A stretch of 64,000 nucleotides of DNA from Candidatus Falkowbacteria bacterium (lineage in GTDB: Bacteria > Patescibacteriota > Patescibacteriia > JACRDY01): the NCBI GenBank assembly GCA_016218485.1, contig JACRDY010000059.1:11529-75528 (forward strand), given 5' to 3'. Positions 9,142 to 18,354 of the stretch are shown one piece after another. A model generated the notes under the pieces. That model did no database searches. It worked only from the letters and a program-made list of their open reading frames with translations, and had not been told where the DNA came from. Position 1 is the stretch's first letter; the number at the start of each line of letters is the position of its first letter. The position numbers and the translations under genes are program-made.

Positions 9142-9611
9142 TTGAAAGTTATAAAGTTGAAAGTTATAAAGTTTTTATAAATCCAGAGATGAGTTTTGAT
9201 ATCTCAGTCGCCAGTTGAATGTACTGTGTGAATTGATCGTTGGGTATATATTTTAATTCTCGGCCAATATAGAGCATTGATCGTACTTCTCCACAGGATC
9301 CTTTGGCGATATAGAGGAAGGCGATGAATTCTTTATTCGTCCGGCGTTCAAACCCTTCAGCGATATTATTCATAATAGAGACTGAAGCTCTTTGAATTTG
9401 ATCACGGAATCCCCAGTCTTTATTATCTCTCATTGATGTGTATATGAGTAAGGATAATATTTGAGCTTTTTGCCAGGCAATAATATCTTCAAATCTTTTA
9501 ATAATCATATACTCACAGTATAAGAATAATTATTAAAAAATATCTAAACTCTTGATTTTTCCCTTTATAATTTGCAACTTTATAACTTTATAACTTTCAA
9601 CTTTATAACTT
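9140..9611. mobile_element. Putative cassette: four-helix gene bracketed by inverted AAGTTGA/AAGTTATA arrays
   Basis: Left array 9140-9173 and reverse-complement array 9576-9611; mobility is inferred. Confidence 0.55.
9164..9508 (-). CDS. Four-helix bundle protein (23S rRNA IVP / Avd-like family)
   Basis: FEDIIAWQKA, DQIQRASVSIMNNIAEGFER, FLYIAKGSCGEVRS; AT-rich relative to its neighbours. Confidence 0.92.
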   Translation of the reverse strand: MIIKRFEDIIAWQKAQILSLLIYTSMRDNKDWGFRDQIQRASVSIMNNIAEGFERRTNKEFIAFLYIAKGSCGEVRSMLYIGRELKYIPNDQFTQYIQLATEISKLISGFIKTL

Positions 9612-9671
9612 TTTTAACTAAAAAACCCCGTGGGCATATCCCACGAGCTTTTTTAAATTTTCAATCCGGAG

Positions 9672-10355
9672 TTAAACCGCCAGCTTGATACTCGGGCCCA
9701 TAGAGGTGCAGAGTACGGCATGTTTGAGGTAGGTGCCTTTAGACGATGAGGGTTTGGCTTTACGTACCGCTTCTAGGAAGGTTTCGGCATTATCCAGCAG
9801 TTTGTCTTGGCCAAAGGAGATTTTGCCGATCAGCTGATGGATGTTGCCGGTATTGTCGCTCTTGAAGGTGATTTTACCTTTTTTTAATTCTGAAATTATT
9901 TTAGCGACGTTCGGGCCGACAGTTTCGTTTTTCGGCGACGGCATCAGGCCGCGAGTGCCAAGGATTTTGGCGATGACGGCGATCTTCGGCATCATGGCCG
10001 GAGTGGCTACCGCCACTGCAAAATCAGTTTTCTCGGTTTTTTTGATTTCATTGATCAGGTCTTCGCCGCCGACCAGGTCAGCGCCGGCTTCCCGCGCGTC
10101 CTTTTCCTTATCAGCTTCCACAAAGGCAGCCACCCGTTTGCTCTTGCCCGTGCCGTGCGGCAGGGTAATGGTGGAGCGGATTTGCTGGTCGCTCTTTTTG
10201 GTATCAATGCCGAGCCGCAGGTGGATTTCCACGCCGGCGTCAAATTTTTCAGTCTTATGGCTGATAATCAGATTCAGCGCTTCGGCCAGGCTGTAGACTT
10301 GGCTGCGGTTAATTTTGGTAGCTAGTTCGTTGTAACGTTTGCCGTGTTTTGGCAT
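9672..10355 (-). CDS. rplA: 50S ribosomal protein L1
   Basis: KFDAGVEIH, LPHGTGK, RGLMPSPK, TSMGPS. Confidence 0.98.
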   Translation of the reverse strand: MPKHGKRYNELATKINRSQVYSLAEALNLIISHKTEKFDAGVEIHLRLGIDTKKSDQQIRSTITLPHGTGKSKRVAAFVEADKEKDAREAGADLVGGEDLINEIKKTEKTDFAVAVATPAMMPKIAVIAKILGTRGLMPSPKNETVGPNVAKIISELKKGKITFKSDNTGNIHQLIGKISFGQDKLLDNAETFLEAVRKAKPSSSKGTYLKHAVLCTSMGPSIKLAV

Positions 10356-10368
10356 AGGTATTTCGTTC

Positions 10369-10406
10369 AGTGGTGCGTGCGTCCGCCGCGGCGGACTCCC
10401 ACGGTT
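10369..10406 (-). promoter_or_regulatory. L1-binding leader upstream of rplA
   Basis: GTGGGAG-stem-ACCAC pattern typical of L1 operators; identical to 10925-10962. Confidence 0.7.
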
Positions 10407-10422
10407 AGTTAGTTGTCAGTTA

Positions 10423-10488
10423 GAAAGTTGAAAGTTATAAAGTTAAAAGTACAAAACTTTCAACTTTATAACTTTATAATTTTAAACT
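10423..10488. repeat. Empty inverted AAGTTGA/AAGTTATA array element
   Basis: Same units as the four-helix flanks; its core is the reverse complement of the core of 10970-11041. Confidence 0.85.
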
Positions 10489-10911
10489 TTATTCCACCAT
10501 AATCCCCATCTGTCGGGCCGTGCCTTCAATAATGCGCATGGCGGCATTGATGTCATGAGCGTTGAGATCAACCATTTTTTTCTCGGCGATCTCTCTCACT
10601 TGAGCGCGGGTGACTTGGCCGACTTTTTCTTGCAGCGGTTTGCCTGAACCTTTGGCTACACCCGCGGCTTTTTTTAAGAGTTCAGCGGCCGGCGGAGTTT
10701 TGAGAATAAAGGTGTAGGTGCGATCCTCGTAGATGGTGATTTCACAGGGAGTAATGTCACCCGGCATTTGCTTGGTGGCTTCATTAAATTTACTGCAGAA
10801 TTCACTGATGTTCACGCCATGCTGGCCGAGCGCCGGGCCGACCGGCGGCGCCGGGTTGGCTTGCGCGCCCGGGATCTGCAGCTTGACGATTGTTTTGATT
10901 TTCTTAGCCAT
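10489..10911 (-). CDS. rplK: 50S ribosomal protein L11
   Basis: [29 protein letters not shown]. Confidence 0.98.
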   Translation of the reverse strand: MAKKIKTIVKLQIPGAQANPAPPVGPALGQHGVNISEFCSKFNEATKQMPGDITPCEITIYEDRTYTFILKTPPAAELLKKAAGVAKGSGKPLQEKVGQVTRAQVREIAEKKMVDLNAHDINAAMRIIEGTARQMGIMVE

Positions 10912-10924
10912 ATACGTTTCGTTA

Positions 10925-10962
10925 AGTGGTGCGTGCGTCCGCCGCGGCGGACTCCCACGGTT
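10925..10962 (-). promoter_or_regulatory. L1-binding leader upstream of rplK
   Basis: 38 bp identical to 10369-10406. Confidence 0.7.
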
Positions 10963-10969
10963 GTTAGTT

Positions 10970-11041
10970 AAAAGTTAGAAAGTTGAAAGTTATAAAGTTG
11001 AAAGTTTTGTACTTTTAACTTTATAACTTTCAACTTGTAAC
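10970..11041. repeat. Empty inverted AAGTTGA/AAGTTATA array element
   Basis: Inverted copy of 10423-10488. Confidence 0.85.
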
Positions 11042-11587
11042 TCAGATTTTTTTTACTTGCAGGAAATCCAGCTCCACCGGTGTCTCGCGGCCGAACATAG
11101 AGACGAGCGCCTTGATCTTGCCGCGGGTTTCATCAATCTCGGAAATTTTTCCTTCAAAGTTTTTGAACGGGCCGTCCACGATGCGGATGGGCTGGCCGAT
11201 AGAGAGGTCAATGGTGTAGGTTGGCTCTTCCACGCCCTTGCGTTTCATGATAGCTTCCACTTCTTTTTTGGACATGGGCGTCGGCACCGTGCCGGAGCTG
11301 GTGAAGCCGGTGACGTTGGGGGTATTGCGCACCACGTACCAGGAATCATCAGTGACGGTCATTTCCACCATGATGTAGCCGGGGAAGATTTTTTCCTCAA
11401 TGACTTTCCGTTTACCATTTTTGATTTTGATCTTTCGCTCAGTCGGAATAACCACGTTAAAAATTTTGTCGTCCATACCCATGGAGACAATTCTGGACTT
11501 GAGGTCTTCCACCACTTTTTCCTCATAGCCGGAGTAGGTGTGAATGACGTACCAGCGGCGGCCGAGCTGTAGTGTTTGTTTTGGCAT
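11042..11587 (-). CDS. nusG: Transcription antitermination factor NusG
   Basis: WYVIHTYSGYE, FPGYI, DGPF, FGRETPVELDF. Confidence 0.98.
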   Translation of the reverse strand: MPKQTLQLGRRWYVIHTYSGYEEKVVEDLKSRIVSMGMDDKIFNVVIPTERKIKIKNGKRKVIEEKIFPGYIMVEMTVTDDSWYVVRNTPNVTGFTSSGTVPTPMSKKEVEAIMKRKGVEEPTYTIDLSIGQPIRIVDGPFKNFEGKISEIDETRGKIKALVSMFGRETPVELDFLQVKKI

Positions 11588-11594
11588 AGTGGAG

Positions 11595-11645
11595 TAGTCC
11601 CTAGTCCTTAGTCCTTAGTCCTTAGTCCTTAGTCCTTAGCTCTTA
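11595..11645. repeat. (TTAGTCC)n heptamer array
   Basis: About 6 units between secE and nusG; reverse complement of the array at 13232-13272. Confidence 0.9.
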
Positions 11646-11831
11646 GCGGTTGATGAGGTATTCAAAGCCAAAGGAAAAGATATAGTCTAGGAGACCCAAA
11701 AAGGCGGCCAACACCAGGCTGATGCCGATCACCAGCGCGGTGTGTTTGGTCGTTTCTTTTTTGGTCGGCCAAGTGACTTTTTTGAGTTCCACCTTGGATT
11801 CTTTGAAATATTCCACGATTTTGTTGGCCAT
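11643..11831 (-). CDS. secE: Preprotein translocase subunit SecE
   Basis: ELKKVTWPT plus a single TM helix; upstream of nusG. Confidence 0.95.
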   Translation of the reverse strand: MANKIVEYFKESKVELKKVTWPTKKETTKHTALVIGISLVLAAFLGLLDYIFSFGFEYLINR

Positions 11832-11845
11832 AGTGTTTAAAATAA

Positions 11846-11945
11846 ATCCAGCACCTTCCAGAATACCCCATCAGCTTGCTGTGGGGGTGAATGGCTGAGA
11901 GAGTATGCCTGCAGTGTGTACTACCCCGACAGGAAGGTGCTGGAT
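11846..11945. repeat. MITE-like element with ATCCAGCACCTTCC terminal inverted repeats
   Basis: Copies at 28771-28831, 31128-31245 and 51177-51237. Confidence 0.85.
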
Positions 11946-12131
11946 TTTAAAACCGCCCGGAGGCGGTATATTCAGTTTCTGTAGGTATTATAGGGGAAAA
12001 TACTGCGGCAGTCAAGGGGATAAGTTTTTGGGATAAGTTTTTGTACAGATAAGTTTTTGTGGTTGACATAAATAATATATTATGATAAAACAAGAAAGGT
12101 TTCCACCCCCATGACAATAAGGAGGCGGGTC

Positions 12132-12710
12132 ATGAAATTCACTCTTACGGAGCTGTTGTGTATCTTGCTGCTGATCGGTCTGGGAGCGTTCTATATGTGG
12201 GGGAACTTTGCCAAATTTGAGGATCAGGGGTTGGCTCAGGATAGCAAGGCGGCCAGCGCTGCGGCGACTACGGACACTCCAGTACAGGTCTGGCTGGCCT
12301 CGGATACGCCCCGGGACACGGTTACCTATGGCTGGCAGCGTCTGGCCATGTGGCAACTGCAGAATCACGCCCAGACCGATGTACGTCTGCAATCAGTGAC
12401 AGTACGGATCAAGAGCTCACACTCTGAGGATTTTGTCCGGATGGGGGTGGTATTCAACGGTGGTAATACCATTGACGATTGGGGGCCGTTCAGTTCGGAT
12501 ACAACAATCATGAACATGACACTCCCACCTGATGATGGGTACTTGACGCCAGAAGTATCTCGTCAACTGGAGCTGTTCGCGGAGATACAGCCAGTGGCGC
12601 TGTTTGATCCGGGTTGGTATGCCCAGGCGAGTCTCATCGGTCTGCAGACGGATCCGCCGGGTGCAGTCAGCGGACTGCCAGTGGATGGGTTCACCCTCCA
12701 CTTACAATAA
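12132..12710 (+). CDS. Hypothetical exported protein with a pilin-like N-terminus
   Basis: AGGAGG upstream of the ATG at 12132; MKFTLTELLCILLLIGLG; own promoter-like motif and terminator. Confidence 0.7.
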   Translation: MKFTLTELLCILLLIGLGAFYMWGNFAKFEDQGLAQDSKAASAAATTDTPVQVWLASDTPRDTVTYGWQRLAMWQLQNHAQTDVRLQSVTVRIKSSHSEDFVRMGVVFNGGNTIDDWGPFSSDTTIMNMTLPPDDGYLTPEVSRQLELFAEIQPVALFDPGWYAQASLIGLQTDPPGAVSGLPVDGFTLHLQ

Positions 12711-12809
12711 GCACATGATGAATCGGGAATCCCGCTCGGCGGGAGGCCCGATTTTCTTTTTTGCGTTGGAGTTGTTACCTCATTAATGATAGAAGTAGGG
12801 AGGTTACTA

Positions 12810-13200
12810 ATACGTTCCTCTCCTTACCAAGGAGAGGGCAGGTGAGGTTGCCGGAGCCTTCGGTCCCTACCCAAGGGGTGCTCGACGGTCTCCTCCTCTT
12901 ACAAGGTTCGCCGCAGGCAACCGAAGTAAGGGGAGGGACAGGGTGGGGTTAAGTTTACTGTATCGCAAAAAGTTTAAAGTATTTCGCATTGATTAGACTG
13001 CAAACCCCCTCCTGTCCTCCCCCTTATGAATAAGGGGGAGAGACGTGCTACCCCCGAACCCCACGTTACTTATTCTGTTTTCTTTTTGAATTTTATCTAG
13101 CTCTGACGGGGTAGGCAACATAGGAGGGTAATAGCCCGTCCTCCTCCTTACCAAGGAGAGGAACGCTCTAGCCTCGGCTCCACTGGACTTATTCTGTTTT
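12810..13200. repeat. Cluster of GC-rich REP-like palindromes
   Basis: CCTCTCCTTACCAAGGAGAGG hairpins; similar to 2674-2830 and 39650-39815. Confidence 0.8.
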
Positions 13201-13231
13201 CTTTTCTTTCAAAATTTGGTAAAATACTAAT

Positions 13232-13272
13232 AACTAAGGACTAAGGACTAAGGACTAAGGACTAAGGACTAT
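13232..13272. repeat. (TAAGGAC)n heptamer array directly before the pilT start
   Basis: At least five exact units. Confidence 0.9.
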
Positions 13273-13273
13273 T

Positions 13274-14323
13274 ATGGATATCAACCAATTTTTCTCGACC
13301 GCCATTACCAAGGGCGCTTCAGACGTTCACCTGGTGGCCGGGCACAAACCGACTGTCAGAATTTTTGGCAAGCTGCAGGAAATAGACGCTAGCGCGAGCG
13401 CGCTGGATAACGCGGAATTAACCAAGGGTATTTTTGGTCTCTTAACCAAAGAGCAGGTGGGGCGGTTTGAGCGCGAGTGGGAGCTGGACTTCGCCTACCA
13501 GGTGGATCACACCCGCTTCCGCGTCAACCTGCACTACCAGCTGGAGCAGATCGGCCTGGCCGCGCGTCTGGTGCCCAAAGATATCCCCACGCCGGCCGAG
13601 ATTAACCTGGAGCCGGTGCTCTACGAGCTGACGCACCTCAACCAGGGGTTCATCCTCGTCACCGGACCGACCGGCAGCGGTAAATCCACCACCATTGCCA
13701 GCATGCTCAATATTATCAATACCGAGCGGCGGTCGCACATCATTACCCTGGAAGATCCGATTGAGTTCATTTACCCCAAGCAGCAGAGTATCGTGGAGCA
13801 GCGCGAAGTCGGCCGCGACACCAAAACTTTCCACGCCGGGCTGAAGTATGTCCTGCGCCAGGATCCTAACGTCATCCTGATTGGCGAAATGCGCGACCCG
13901 GAGACCATCGCCGCCGCCCTGACCGCGGCCGAGACCGGGCACTTGGTTTTTTCCACCCTGCACACCAATTCGGCGGCCGAGACCGTGGAGCGGATCATTG
14001 ATTCGTTTGACTCCGAGCGGCAGCGCCAGATCCTGATCCAGCTTGGTTCGGCTTTGAAGGCGGTCGTGACGCAGCAGCTGGTGCCGACCGTGGAAGACAA
14101 GGTGACGGTGGCGCGGGAAATTATGATCAATACGCCCGCCATCGCCAACCTCATCAGGCAGAATAAGATCGCCCAGATTCCCTCGGTCATCCAGACCGGC
14201 CGTAATGATGGCATGATGACGATGAGCGCGGCGCTCAAAAATCTCTACAACAACGGACTGATTTCCGCCGATGTCTACCAGCACCGGCTGGTGAGCAGTG
14301 AGAAGGTGGGAAGTTACTTTTAG
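13274..14323 (+). CDS. pilT: Type IV pilus retraction ATPase
   Basis: ASDVHL, GPTGSGKSTT, EDPIEF, LRQDPNVILIGEMRD, AETGHLVFSTLHTN. Confidence 0.96.
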   Translation: MDINQFFSTAITKGASDVHLVAGHKPTVRIFGKLQEIDASASALDNAELTKGIFGLLTKEQVGRFEREWELDFAYQVDHTRFRVNLHYQLEQIGLAARLVPKDIPTPAEINLEPVLYELTHLNQGFILVTGPTGSGKSTTIASMLNIINTERRSHIITLEDPIEFIYPKQQSIVEQREVGRDTKTFHAGLKYVLRQDPNVILIGEMRDPETIAAALTAAETGHLVFSTLHTNSAAETVERIIDSFDSERQRQILIQLGSALKAVVTQQLVPTVEDKVTVAREIMINTPAIANLIRQNKIAQIPSVIQTGRNDGMMTMSAALKNLYNNGLISADVYQHRLVSSEKVGSYF

Positions 14324-14448
14324 TTGAAAGTTCAAAGTTCAAAATCCAAATGACAAATCAATGCCAAATGACAAAGTTCAAAAGGTGCGACTATTAGGCA
14401 TTTAAACTTTGAACTTGATTTGAACTTTTGATTTTGAACTTTGAACTT
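14323..14448. repeat. Inverted heptamer-array element (AAGTTCA family)
   Basis: Fills the whole intergenic gap; homologous to 6403-6560 and 45397-45519. Confidence 0.9.
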
Positions 14449-14453
14449 AATCT

Positions 14454-14789
14454 ATGTCTCCAGAACGCTGGCAAACAATTAAAGGCCAAGTCAAGGATAA
14501 CCCGGCGCTGAAGGTGCTGGAAGAGGACGCGGGCGAGTTTGATGACATGCCCGGCAGTTTTGAGTCATTGGTGTTCATGGGGCCGATGGGTAAAATTAAG
14601 CTGGAGTTCATCACCCGGCCGGTCGTCTTGGACAAGAAAACCAATACCTCGCGCCGGATTGGCGCCGAGGCGAGCGTGGAGTATATTTATTCTGAAGATG
14701 AATTTAGCCACAAATTGACCGTCTACCAGTGGAATGAGGCCACGGATGATTGGGATGAGCTGAAAAGCAGTATGTTTGGGGGAGAATAA
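14454..14789 (+). CDS. Hypothetical protein
   Basis: 111-aa ORF in operon position between pilT and the PBP gene. Confidence 0.75.
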   Translation: MSPERWQTIKGQVKDNPALKVLEEDAGEFDDMPGSFESLVFMGPMGKIKLEFITRPVVLDKKTNTSRRIGAEASVEYIYSEDEFSHKLTVYQWNEATDDWDELKSSMFGGE

Positions 14790-14898
14790 ATTAATTACGA
14801 ATTACGAATTAAGAATTGTAGATTTTATTGCTGGTTGGGGGCGGGTAGACGCGGTACGTCGCTTTTTTTGTTACCCAAAGTTTGCTAAAATAAGACCA

Positions 14899-16668
14899 AT
14901 GCAGAGACACTTCACCACTCGCAAGCCCGACTACTCGCTGCACTCTTGGCGTGTGCGGTTTTTGTGGTGGGTGATCGTGGTCTTGACCGCCATTGTGATC
15001 GTTCGGCTATTCTGGCTGCAGGTAGTGCGCCATAGTGACTATCAGAATTTGGCGGCGCTGCAGCATGATATTTACCAGGAAGTATTGCCGGACCGGGGCA
15101 TTATCTATACGCAAAACACGCGGCTGGCTGAAGGCGCGGAAAATAAGTACTTTCCGGTGGCCAATAACCAGCGGTTTTATCTTATCTACGGCCAAACCTT
15201 TGCCGTCGAGGACGCGGGCAAGACCGCCGAGCAGCTGAATGCTGTTTTGGATTTGCCGCCGGACGTGCTGGCGCGCATTATTGAACAGCTGTCCAAACCC
15301 AATGATCCCTACGAGCCGTTGGTACATCGGGTGACGGAAGATAAGATCGCGGCCTTGTCCGCGCTGGCGCTGCCCGGCATCAAGTGGGAAGAGGAAACAC
15401 TGCGCTATTATCCGGACAAAAATATCGGCAGCAATATTCTCGGTTTTGTCGGCTGGGTCAATGATACGCTCGTCGGTCAGTACGGCCTGGAAGGCTATTT
15501 CAATAAAGAGTTGAGCGGAGAAAAGGGGTTTTTGCGCTCCGAGCGCGATGCTACCGGCCGGCTGATCGGCGTCGGCGAGCAGAACTTTAAAGAGGCGCTC
15601 AACGGCACTGACCTGTATCTGACTATTGATAATTCCATTCAAGCTTTTGCCTGTCAGACGTTGGGCGACGCCGTCACCAAGTACGACGCCGATGGCGGCG
15701 CGGTCATCGTGACCAATCCGCGCACCGGCGCAGTTCTCGCTCTGTGCAATAACCCCGACTACGATCCTAATGACTACAGCGCGGTGGAGAATATCCGCTC
15801 CTACACCATTCCGGCGATCTTTGACGCCTATGAGCCGGGCAGTGTTTTTAAGCCGCTGACACTGGCGGCGGCGCTGGAAGAGGGGAAAATCACCCCCGAG
15901 ACCACTTACGAAGATACCGGCGAGGTCAAGATTGACGGTTACAGTATCAAGAATTCTGACCTTAAAGGCCACGGCATGGTTAGCATGGTGGATGTGCTCA
16001 AACTGTCGCTCAACACCGGCGCCATCTTCGGCATGCGCCAAATCGGGCCGGCCAAGTTCGCCGACTACGTGCGCAATTTCGGTTTCGGCGAGCTGACCGG
16101 TATTCAGCTGGATAGCGAGGCGGCCGGGAACATTACCCCGCTCAAGAAGAATAAAGAAATCTACGCCGCCACCGCCTCGTTCGGTCAGGGCATCACGGTG
16201 ACGCCGCTGCAGATGGTCAATGCCTACGCGGCGATTGCCAACGGCGGTACGTTAATGAAACCGTACATCGTGGAACGAACTGTTGACGCGCTGGGCAGTG
16301 AATACCGCGCCGTGCCACAGGAGATCCGCCGGGTCGTCAGTGAGCGCACTGCCACTTTGATCTCTGGCATGATGGTGCAGGTGGTGGAGGCCGGCTACGG
16401 TCAGCGCGCCAAAGTGCCCGGCTACTACATCGCCGGCAAGACCGGTACGGCGCAGGTGGCTGAACCCGGCAGTGGCGTCTACGGCAGCCGGACTATGCAC
16501 ACCTTTGTCGGCTTTGGGCCGGTCAGCGATCCGCAGTTCGTCATGCTGGTGCGCTTGGATCACCCCACCGCCGCGCGCTTTGCCGAGAGTACCGCCACGC
16601 CCGCCTGGGGGCAGATCGCCAAGTTTATTCTCAACTACTACCAGATTCGGCCGGATGAGGTTAAGTAA
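14899..16668 (+). CDS. Class B penicillin-binding protein (FtsI/PBP2-like)
   Basis: N-terminal TM helix, RGIIY, YEPGSVFKP (SxxK), SLN (SxN), GKTGTAQ. Confidence 0.93.
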   Translation: MQRHFTTRKPDYSLHSWRVRFLWWVIVVLTAIVIVRLFWLQVVRHSDYQNLAALQHDIYQEVLPDRGIIYTQNTRLAEGAENKYFPVANNQRFYLIYGQTFAVEDAGKTAEQLNAVLDLPPDVLARIIEQLSKPNDPYEPLVHRVTEDKIAALSALALPGIKWEEETLRYYPDKNIGSNILGFVGWVNDTLVGQYGLEGYFNKELSGEKGFLRSERDATGRLIGVGEQNFKEALNGTDLYLTIDNSIQAFACQTLGDAVTKYDADGGAVIVTNPRTGAVLALCNNPDYDPNDYSAVENIRSYTIPAIFDAYEPGSVFKPLTLAAALEEGKITPETTYEDTGEVKIDGYSIKNSDLKGHGMVSMVDVLKLSLNTGAIFGMRQIGPAKFADYVRNFGFGELTGIQLDSEAAGNITPLKKNKEIYAATASFGQGITVTPLQMVNAYAAIANGGTLMKPYIVERTVDALGSEYRAVPQEIRRVVSERTATLISGMMVQVVEAGYGQRAKVPGYYIAGKTGTAQVAEPGSGVYGSRTMHTFVGFGPVSDPQFVMLVRLDHPTAARFAESTATPAWGQIAKFILNYYQIRPDEVK

Positions 16669-16805
16669 ATTGTTACATTGCTACATTGCCAAATTGCCAA
16701 ATGGTCATTCTGTTATATTGCTATATGGTTATACTGTTAAATACCCCACCAAACAATATAACAGTATAGCAATGTGACAATTTAGCAATTTGGCAATGGA
16801 GCAAT
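16668..16805. repeat. Inverted octamer-array element (ATTGCTAC/ATTGCCAA family)
   Basis: 8-nt-period arrays in inverted orientation; related copy at 32660-32739. Confidence 0.8.
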
Positions 16806-16871
16806 GTATTTTCCCATCTGTCCCGCCCATCTTGATTTTTCCTCATTCATCTGCTACACTGCCCAAACTCT

Positions 16872-18173
16872 ATGCGCGCTGTTATCGCCAAAATTCTCCG
16901 TTTCTTTGCTCGGAATGTATTGCAGAAATACCAGCCGGACGTTGTTGGCGTGACCGGCAGTATTGGTAAGACGTCCGCCAAGGAAGCCATCTTCACCGTC
17001 CTGTCCAGCGAGTTCCGCGTGCGCAAGACCGAGAAGAATTACAATAACGAGCTGGGCCTGCCTCTGACTGTCCTCGGTCTGGAAACCGGCGGGCGCAACC
17101 CCTTCTCTTGGCTGATGGTCATGGTGCGCGCCGCCAAGCTGTGGCTGCTGCGCTCCGTGAATTATCCGGAGATTTTGATCCTGGAAATGGGGGCGGATCG
17201 GCCCGGCGACATCAAGTACCTGACCGATTTCGTTCCCTGCACTGTCGGAGTGGTGACGGGCGTGGCGCCGGTGCACATTGAATTTTTCCAGCACCTTGAA
17301 CATATCGCCAAGGAAAAGAACACCCTGGTCAAAAGTTTGGGCAGAGAGGGCACGGCCGTGCTCAATGCCGATGATGAGCTGGTGCGGGCCATGGCCGAGG
17401 GGCTGAAAGCCAAAGTCATCACCTATGGCTTTTCCGAGCACGCCAGTCTGCGCGCCTACGAAGAGCGGGTGTCTGGTCAAGACCTGTCGCTCAAAGATGG
17501 CGTGGAGGCTATCCGGGGTTTGAGTTTCAAAGTGTCATACGGCGGCAGCACCGTGCCGGTATTCCTGCCGTCCGTGGTGGGGCGCCATTCGGTCAACGCC
17601 GCGCTGGCCGCCATTGCCGTGGGTGTGGCGTGTGGCATCAACCTGGTGCGTATTTCCGAAAATCTCAAACAGTATCGTCCGCCCAAGGGCAGAATGAACC
17701 TGATTGACGGCATCAAATACACGCTGATCATTGACGACACCTACAATTCTTCGCCGATTCCGGCGCTGGCCGCGCTGGATGTGCTCCACGAGATACAGCT
17801 GCCCACGGGTCGGCACAAGTTCGCGGTCCTTGGCGATATGCTGGAACTGGGCGGCTACACCGAGAAAGCGCATCTGGAAGTGGGGCGCAAAGTGGCCGAG
17901 CTCCGCATTGATTACCTGGTGACGGTTGGCGAGAAGTCGCAGAGTACCGCCAACGCCGCGCGCGGCGCCGGTATGTCGCCGGATCGCATCTACTCATTTG
18001 ACAATTCCCGGGAAGCTGGTAAATTCCTGCAGGATCGGGTGGAGCAGGGCGATTTGATCTTAGTTAAAGGTTCGCAGGGTATGCGGATGGAGCGGATCGT
18101 CAAAGAGCTGATGGCCGAACCATTGCGCGCCGCTGAACTGCTGTGCCGGCAGGAAGGGAAGTGGTTGCAATAA
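16872..18173 (+). CDS. murF: UDP-MurNAc-tripeptide--D-Ala-D-Ala ligase
   Basis: GVTGSIGKTS, NNELGLP, DDTYNSSP, LGDMLELG, LVKGSQ. Confidence 0.93.
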   Translation: MRAVIAKILRFFARNVLQKYQPDVVGVTGSIGKTSAKEAIFTVLSSEFRVRKTEKNYNNELGLPLTVLGLETGGRNPFSWLMVMVRAAKLWLLRSVNYPEILILEMGADRPGDIKYLTDFVPCTVGVVTGVAPVHIEFFQHLEHIAKEKNTLVKSLGREGTAVLNADDELVRAMAEGLKAKVITYGFSEHASLRAYEERVSGQDLSLKDGVEAIRGLSFKVSYGGSTVPVFLPSVVGRHSVNAALAAIAVGVACGINLVRISENLKQYRPPKGRMNLIDGIKYTLIIDDTYNSSPIPALAALDVLHEIQLPTGRHKFAVLGDMLELGGYTEKAHLEVGRKVAELRIDYLVTVGEKSQSTANAARGAGMSPDRIYSFDNSREAGKFLQDRVEQGDLILVKGSQGMRMERIVKELMAEPLRAAELLCRQEGKWLQ

Positions 18174-18349
18174 TTACGAATTACGAATTACGAATGAGTG
18201 ATTTTTAATTCGTAATTATTAACAGGAGTTACGCACTTCTAAAATTTTCAGCTAATTTTAGAGTAACAATAAAAATTATTAACAGCTAATTTTAGCCAAT
18301 TTTTATTAAAAGTGCGTAACTCCTGTTATTAATTCGTAATTCGTAATTA
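18171..18349. repeat. Inverted (AATTACG)n heptamer element interrupted by a MITE
   Basis: AATTACG units on the left and CGTAATT units on the right; same unit at 14792-14817 and 47995-48019. Confidence 0.85.
18223..18325. mobile_element. 103-bp MITE with 16-bp terminal IRs and a 7-bp target duplication
   Basis: CAGGAGTTACGCACTT / AAGTGCGTAACTCCTG, flanked by TTATTAA on both sides. Confidence 0.85.
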
Positions 18350-18354
18350 AACTT

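Noticed and set aside
9164-9508. Diversity-generating retroelement suggested by the Avd-like gene
   Set aside because: No reverse transcriptase and no TR/VR pair differing only at adenines was seen in the window.
13442-16041. Long antisense ORFs opposite pilT and the PBP gene (and similar ones opposite typA, uvrA and 29009)
   Set aside because: These are shadow frames of GC-rich coding genes with no recognisable motifs.
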